Below are positions 63,501 through 64,000 of a stretch of DNA of 64,000 bases, piece by piece. The notes beneath the pieces were generated by a model. The model was not told the origin of the DNA and ran no database searches. It saw only the letters and a list, made by a program, of their open reading frames with translations. The stretch's first letter is position 1. The number at the start of each line of letters is the position of its first letter. The stretch is from Ylistrum balloti (Eukaryota). The stretch covers positions 1 through 64,000 of the forward strand of contig NW_026782379.1 in the NCBI RefSeq assembly GCF_031769215.1, given 5' to 3'. A program made the position numbers and the translations under genes.

Positions 63501-63866
63501 AATTAATAATCGTACAACTTGTAAAATGTAAATGATATAAGAGATTTTAACGGGAAAAAAAGGGAGAAACGGCAAAAAATATTCAAAATTTAGTAAATAC
63601 CACCCTCCATTGGGATAATCATTCGGAACTATCAAAATTGTCCTTAAATGAAAGAAATGTGTTGTGCCTTTTTTTTTTAGTTTGGCTCACTGTATCTCTA
63701 CCACTGCTTGATTGATTTTAAAGCTTTGTGTGTTTTTCTGTTGTAGTATGTTGGACAGCTATTTTGAATGTAATGGTTTTGTTTACAGGCTACCAAGGTC
63801 AATACAATTATCAGAGCTATGGTACACCACAAGGTGCTCAGTCACAACAATACACACCCATGCAAG
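24472..63866 (+). CDS. PBRM1: Polybromo-1 / BAF180 (PBAF chromatin-remodelling subunit): 6 bromodomains, 2 BAH domains, HMG box; 3'-incomplete in this window
   Basis: 35 core exons (counting one HMG exon) join in frame for about 1445 codons (4336 nt). N-terminus MMAPKRKK...YDPVDICQELYDTIRNYKTDDGRLICETFIRAPKRR parallels human PBRM1; six bromodomain cores (YY..IK.P.D...NA..YN), BAH1 (VGDFVYIEPR...GNWFYRPNETFHLATRKFLEKEV), BAH2 (GDGVYIKSD...GPWYIYP..IEH.PTRLFYKNEVF), HMG (SGYI..S.E.R...FGEISR.VG|WRNL...YEEKA). The last exon seen ends in phase 1 at a donor, so the gene continues beyond 64000. Confidence 0.96.
24868..24965 (+). CDS. PBRM1: PBRM1 exon, bromodomain 1
   Basis: tgtag|VDICQELYDTIRNYK...RAPKR R|gtcagt, phase 0 to 2. 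Confidence 0.93.
25381..25528 (+). CDS. PBRM1: PBRM1 exon, bromodomain 1
   Basis: tacag|TAADYYDVVSTPIDLLKIQQKLKMEEY...NNAKSYYK|gtattt, phase 2 to 0. Confidence 0.94.
27206..27364 (+). CDS. PBRM1: PBRM1 exon, end of bromodomain 1 and linker
   Basis: tgcag|KDSQEYKDACDMWELF...LEDDK|gtgaga, phase 0 to 0. Confidence 0.92.
27814..27954 (+). CDS. PBRM1: PBRM1 exon, start of bromodomain 2
   Basis: tacag|ESSNDS...GEREISPAFHLLPSKS|gtgagt, phase 0 to 0. Confidence 0.92.
29602..29643. repeat. Short imperfect tandem repeat (ATATCAAAAC)n
   Basis: ctatatcaaacatatcaaaacatatcaaaatctatatcaaaa. Confidence 0.75.
29962..30129 (+). CDS. PBRM1: PBRM1 exon, bromodomain 2
   Basis: tgcag|KYPEYYKIIKQPIDMK...NAKTFNEPKSLIYK|gtgtgt, phase 0 to 0. 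Confidence 0.94.
30974..31059 (+). CDS. PBRM1: PBRM1 exon, end of bromodomain 2
   Basis: aatag|DAQTLKKVVQTRKMDI...GERA S|gtaaac, phase 0 to 2. Confidence 0.9.
31736..31990 (+). CDS. PBRM1: PBRM1 exon, linker and start of bromodomain 3
   Basis: cacag|...GTPLCEPFLKLPSK R|gtatgt, phase 2 to 2. Confidence 0.9.
32488..32557 (+). CDS. PBRM1: PBRM1 exon, bromodomain 3
   Basis: tccag|FYPDYYEEIKKPMSLSNVRKKLK|gtacaa, phase 2 to 0. Confidence 0.93.
32826..32924 (+). CDS. PBRM1: PBRM1 exon, bromodomain 3
   Basis: ttcag|YKQYRSLDKLTADINLVFENAKQYNADESKIYQ|gtaagt, phase 0 to 0. Confidence 0.93.
33370..33435 (+). CDS. PBRM1: PBRM1 exon, end of bromodomain 3
   Basis: tacag|DAVTLQQVMWDRKHELERGDSK|gtattt, phase 0 to 0. 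Confidence 0.9.
36572..36622 (+). CDS. PBRM1: Candidate 51-nt cassette exon of PBRM1 (DVFMEELSSQSDFPSSV)
   Basis: caacag|...|gtgagt, phase 0 to 0, stop-free, frame-preserving, in the 6-kb BD3-BD4 intron; no homology support. Confidence 0.45.
37745..37970. mobile_element. Decayed interspersed repeat fragment
   Basis: AAGGTTATACCTTAGGTCAAGGTCA and AGGTCTAGGTCT motif run with a GC-richer interior; family not identifiable here. Confidence 0.3.
39513..39683 (+). CDS. PBRM1: PBRM1 exon, linker and start of bromodomain 4
   Basis: tttag|KSGHSLDSMDDD...MRRRLWTIYKTVHDYT|gtaagt, phase 0 to 0. Confidence 0.9.
39928..40059 (+). CDS. PBRM1: PBRM1 exon, bromodomain 4
   Basis: gacag|DPEGRPLRMIFMELPSKRDYPDYYQVILQPIDM...GEK|gtaggc, phase 0 to 0. 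Confidence 0.94.
40504..40679 (+). CDS. PBRM1: PBRM1 exon, bromodomain 4
   Basis: cacag|YYSENELIVDFELMFNNARHYNEEESQVYKDA...ALSR K|gtacgt, phase 0 to 2; a second phase-2 donor lies after 40700. Confidence 0.9.
40942..41072. repeat. 15/16-bp tandem repeat (G)GTGATGTGATCCATT, about 8 copies
   Basis: Directly visible; it produces the spurious minus-strand MDHIT/QWIT ORFs. Confidence 0.93.
41780..41812 (+). CDS. PBRM1: Candidate 33-nt cassette microexon of PBRM1 ((N)VKTNVCEKST(R))
   Basis: tgactttag|...ag|gtaagc, phase 2 to 2 like the flanking exons, stop-free. Confidence 0.45.
42303..43041. repeat. 38-bp minisatellite, about 19.5 copies
   Basis: Consensus GGGACATCAATTACATGTTCTGTTGACTAGGACAGACT; 20 unit starts counted at 42303, 42341, 42379 ... 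43006, with one 19-nt half unit at 42949. Confidence 0.97.
43525..43720. mobile_element. MITE with TA target-site duplication
   Basis: TA|CTGTAAAATCA ... TGATTTTACAG|TA, perfect 11-bp TIR; subterminal CCACGAAAATT/CCACAAATT motifs. Confidence 0.8.
44268..44394 (+). CDS. PBRM1: PBRM1 exon, start of bromodomain 5
   Basis: tacag|MKDKK...DARGRALATPFLKLPLKT|gtaagt, phase 2 to 0. Confidence 0.93.
44788..44955 (+). CDS. PBRM1: PBRM1 exon, bromodomain 5
   Basis: gtcag|EYPDYYEVIKKPVDM...FDNACKYNEPDSLIYK|gtgtgt, phase 0 to 0. Confidence 0.95.
45428..45565 (+). CDS. PBRM1: PBRM1 exon, end of bromodomain 5 and start of bromodomain 6
   Basis: ttcag|DALTLQRVCLEKK...SLFISTYNFQ|gtaagg, phase 0 to 0. Confidence 0.93.
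45706..45794 (+). CDS. PBRM1: PBRM1 exon, bromodomain 6
   Basis: aacag|DEEGRCYSDSFAELPERD...KQK E|gtaagt, phase 0 to 2. Confidence 0.93.
45971..46013 (+). CDS. PBRM1: PBRM1 exon, bromodomain 6
   Basis: cttag|KPLSFDQIKRNLDK|gtaagt, phase 2 to 0. Confidence 0.92.
46144..46230 (+). CDS. PBRM1: PBRM1 exon, bromodomain 6
   Basis: tacag|GRYRRFDKFQEDMFEVFERARRLSRTDSQ|gtatga, phase 0 to 0. Confidence 0.94.
46455..46667 (+). CDS. PBRM1: PBRM1 exon, end of bromodomain 6 and linker
   Basis: tgcag|LYEDAVEMHLYFIKTRDETCRNGEILLTPALSYT...EEFNT|gtaaga, phase 0 to 0. Confidence 0.93.
46878..46957 (+). CDS. PBRM1: PBRM1 exon, BAH1
   Basis: tgcag|PSEGGLDSFRYKEETFHVGDFVYIEP R|gtgggt, phase 0 to 2. Confidence 0.92.
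47355..47493 (+). CDS. PBRM1: PBRM1 exon, BAH1
   Basis: gacag|EKGQEPHIMCIEKL...GNWFYRPNETFHLATRKFLEK|gttagt, phase 2 to 0. Confidence 0.94.
47830..47931 (+). CDS. PBRM1: PBRM1 exon, BAH1
   Basis: cacag|EVLKSDSY...LGKCYIMFVKDYFKYRPE|gtaggt, phase 0 to 0. Confidence 0.93.
48322..48396 (+). CDS. PBRM1: PBRM1 exon, BAH1
   Basis: cacag|GVADHDVYVCENRYVAKHKCFKKIK|gtttgt, phase 0 to 0. Confidence 0.93.
48429..48915. mobile_element. MITE, pogo/Tc1-mariner type, decayed
   Basis: TA|CGGTAAAAACCTGTGTAATGTGCG ... TGCACATTACATGGGTTTTTGCAG (19/24 complementary); internal ATAATGTACGCACC echo of the TIR. Confidence 0.65.
49135..49281 (+). CDS. PBRM1: PBRM1 exon, BAH1-BAH2 linker
   Basis: tacag|IWQSTKS...VPRDIPLVPVRVASVFADKE...KKRL|gtaagt, phase 0 to 0. 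Confidence 0.93.
49634..49718 (+). CDS. PBRM1: PBRM1 exon, start of BAH2
   Basis: tacag|DVQIEIPNGEEGCVYYDQLNTAAGTLKL G|gtacat, phase 0 to 1. Confidence 0.92.
50099..50174 (+). CDS. PBRM1: PBRM1 exon, BAH2
   Basis: ttcaag|(G)DGVYIKSDREKQLLCRIDKIWVNR N|gtatgt, phase 1 to 2 (AAG acceptor). Confidence 0.9.
50634..50806 (+). CDS. PBRM1: PBRM1 exon, BAH2
   Basis: tacag|GETYLNGPWYIYPSDIEHSPTRLFYKNEVF...GKCCILHIKDYLT|gtaagt, phase 2 to 1. Confidence 0.94.
50935..51470. mobile_element. Decayed interspersed repeat (non-autonomous Helitron/HINE-like)
   Basis: Starts with TTATTATTTCTTCTTCT, contains CAAGATGGCCACCAT and GATTGGCT; resembles common invertebrate non-autonomous repeats from memory only; boundaries approximate. 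Confidence 0.35.
51501..51544. repeat. Perfect 22-bp tandem duplication
   Basis: TGATTCACAGCTGAAGGGGTAG x2. Confidence 0.92.
51617..51714 (+). CDS. PBRM1: PBRM1 exon, BAH2
   Basis: tgtag|RVTETPEEDVYLCESKYFELEKMVKKLGKGLK|gtatgg, phase 1 to 0. Confidence 0.93.
52154..52225 (+). CDS. PBRM1: PBRM1 exon after BAH2
   Basis: ttcag|KYVLSPKVTDDELYFFRKPITPQK|gtgggt, phase 0 to 0. Confidence 0.93.
53959..54174 (+). CDS. PBRM1: Candidate alternative (possibly terminal) PBRM1 exon, Asn/His-rich
   Basis: gttttacag|GTC opens in phase 0: VVSPLQNNNNNNVHYVLPHHHLHPTPRQHLHHQ...YCAH TGA; weak internal phase-0 donors after 54057 and 54093. Confidence 0.35.
   Translation, partial: VVSPLQNNNNNNVHYVLPHHHLHPTPRQHLHHQVIINFTALTLLSVGCHRPVRQSNPPANMLNHGSIYCAH
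54809..54852. repeat. Perfect 22-bp tandem duplication
   Basis: AATACTTTAGGAGAAAAATGAG x2. Confidence 0.92.
55809..55952 (+). CDS. PBRM1: PBRM1 exon, acidic linker before the HMG box
   Basis: ttcag|EPSPLLLKVVD...PEKPPKK|gtcagt, phase 0 to 0; EPSPLL follows PQK as in human PBRM1. Confidence 0.92.
57360..57401 (+). CDS. PBRM1: PBRM1 42-nt mini-exon, copy 1 (TEDDHGKEKCPPKK)
   Basis: ttttgcacttttattttag|...aag|gtagat, phase 0 to 0; paralogous to 57773-57814. Confidence 0.7.
57773..57814 (+). CDS. PBRM1: PBRM1 42-nt mini-exon, copy 2 (NEDEHPKEKVVLKK)
   Basis: ttttgtactttattttag|...aag|gtagat, phase 0 to 0; 31/42 nt identical to copy 1. Confidence 0.7.
59605..59730 (+). CDS. PBRM1: PBRM1 HMG-box exon A (helices I-II), putative mutually exclusive exon
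   Basis: ttttag|AKSNMKRQISGYIVYSGEIRKHIQQENPDCTFGEISRIVGLK|gtaaca, 126 nt, phase 0 to 0. Confidence 0.88.
59841..59960 (+). CDS. PBRM1: PBRM1 HMG-box exon B (helices I-II), putative mutually exclusive exon
   Basis: ttgtag|EKPRRHPSGYILFSKEMRKVITQEAPSTSFGEISRLVGEK|gtaatt, 120 nt, phase 0 to 0. Confidence 0.88.
62377..62563 (+). CDS. PBRM1: PBRM1 exon, HMG helix III and tail
   Basis: tttag|WRNLSKEEKEKYEEKAKKVAEEQ...RPITPG G|gtaagt, phase 0 to 1. Confidence 0.93.
63789..63866 (+). CDS. PBRM1: PBRM1 exon, Gln/Tyr/Gly-rich low-complexity tail
   Basis: tacag|(G)YQGQYNYQSYGTPQGAQSQQYTPMQ G|gtaagc, phase 1 to 1. Confidence 0.8.
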
Positions 63867-64000
63867 GTAAGCTAGGTGTTCCTCACCACACCTGCATACT
63901 AGGCAGTGGTCACTTACGAACACCAGGGCGCCAGTCACAGATATGTGTCTCACAGACACTGTTGGATGAGGCCTTACATTGGTTACAGGGTTTTAAAAAG

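Overview
This is AT-rich metazoan genomic DNA, not prokaryotic. The tRNA-headed SINE-like repeats, TA-flanked MITEs and intron phases matching vertebrate genes suggest a lophotrochozoan, probably a bivalve mollusc (inference). It holds two spliced + strand genes that I assembled by hand from GT-AG sites and reading phase. (1) A complete 10-exon peroxisomal ABC half-transporter of the ABCD1/ABCD2 type (CDS 4572-13482, 2211 nt, 736 aa). (2) Polybromo-1/BAF180 (PBRM1; non-coding exon ending 22697, ATG 24472), with six bromodomains, two BAH domains and an HMG box, running off the right edge. Most entries in the ORF track are spurious or are exon fragments. The most interesting structure is an apparent alternative-splicing module at the DNA-binding end of PBRM1. 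The first two helices of the HMG box are encoded twice, by tandem paralogous phase-0 exons (59605-59730 and 59841-59960) that look mutually exclusive. The 110-nt intron between them carries three TGCATG (Rbfox-type) motifs. Just upstream lie two duplicated 42-nt charged mini-exons (57360-57401, 57773-57814) and a candidate Asn/His-rich alternative or terminal exon (from 53959). The linkers between bromodomains 3/4 and 4/5 hold further candidate cassette or poison exons, a possible recursive splice site and a 38-bp minisatellite. All splicing claims are predictions from sequence; no RNA data or database searches were available, so novelty is unverified.
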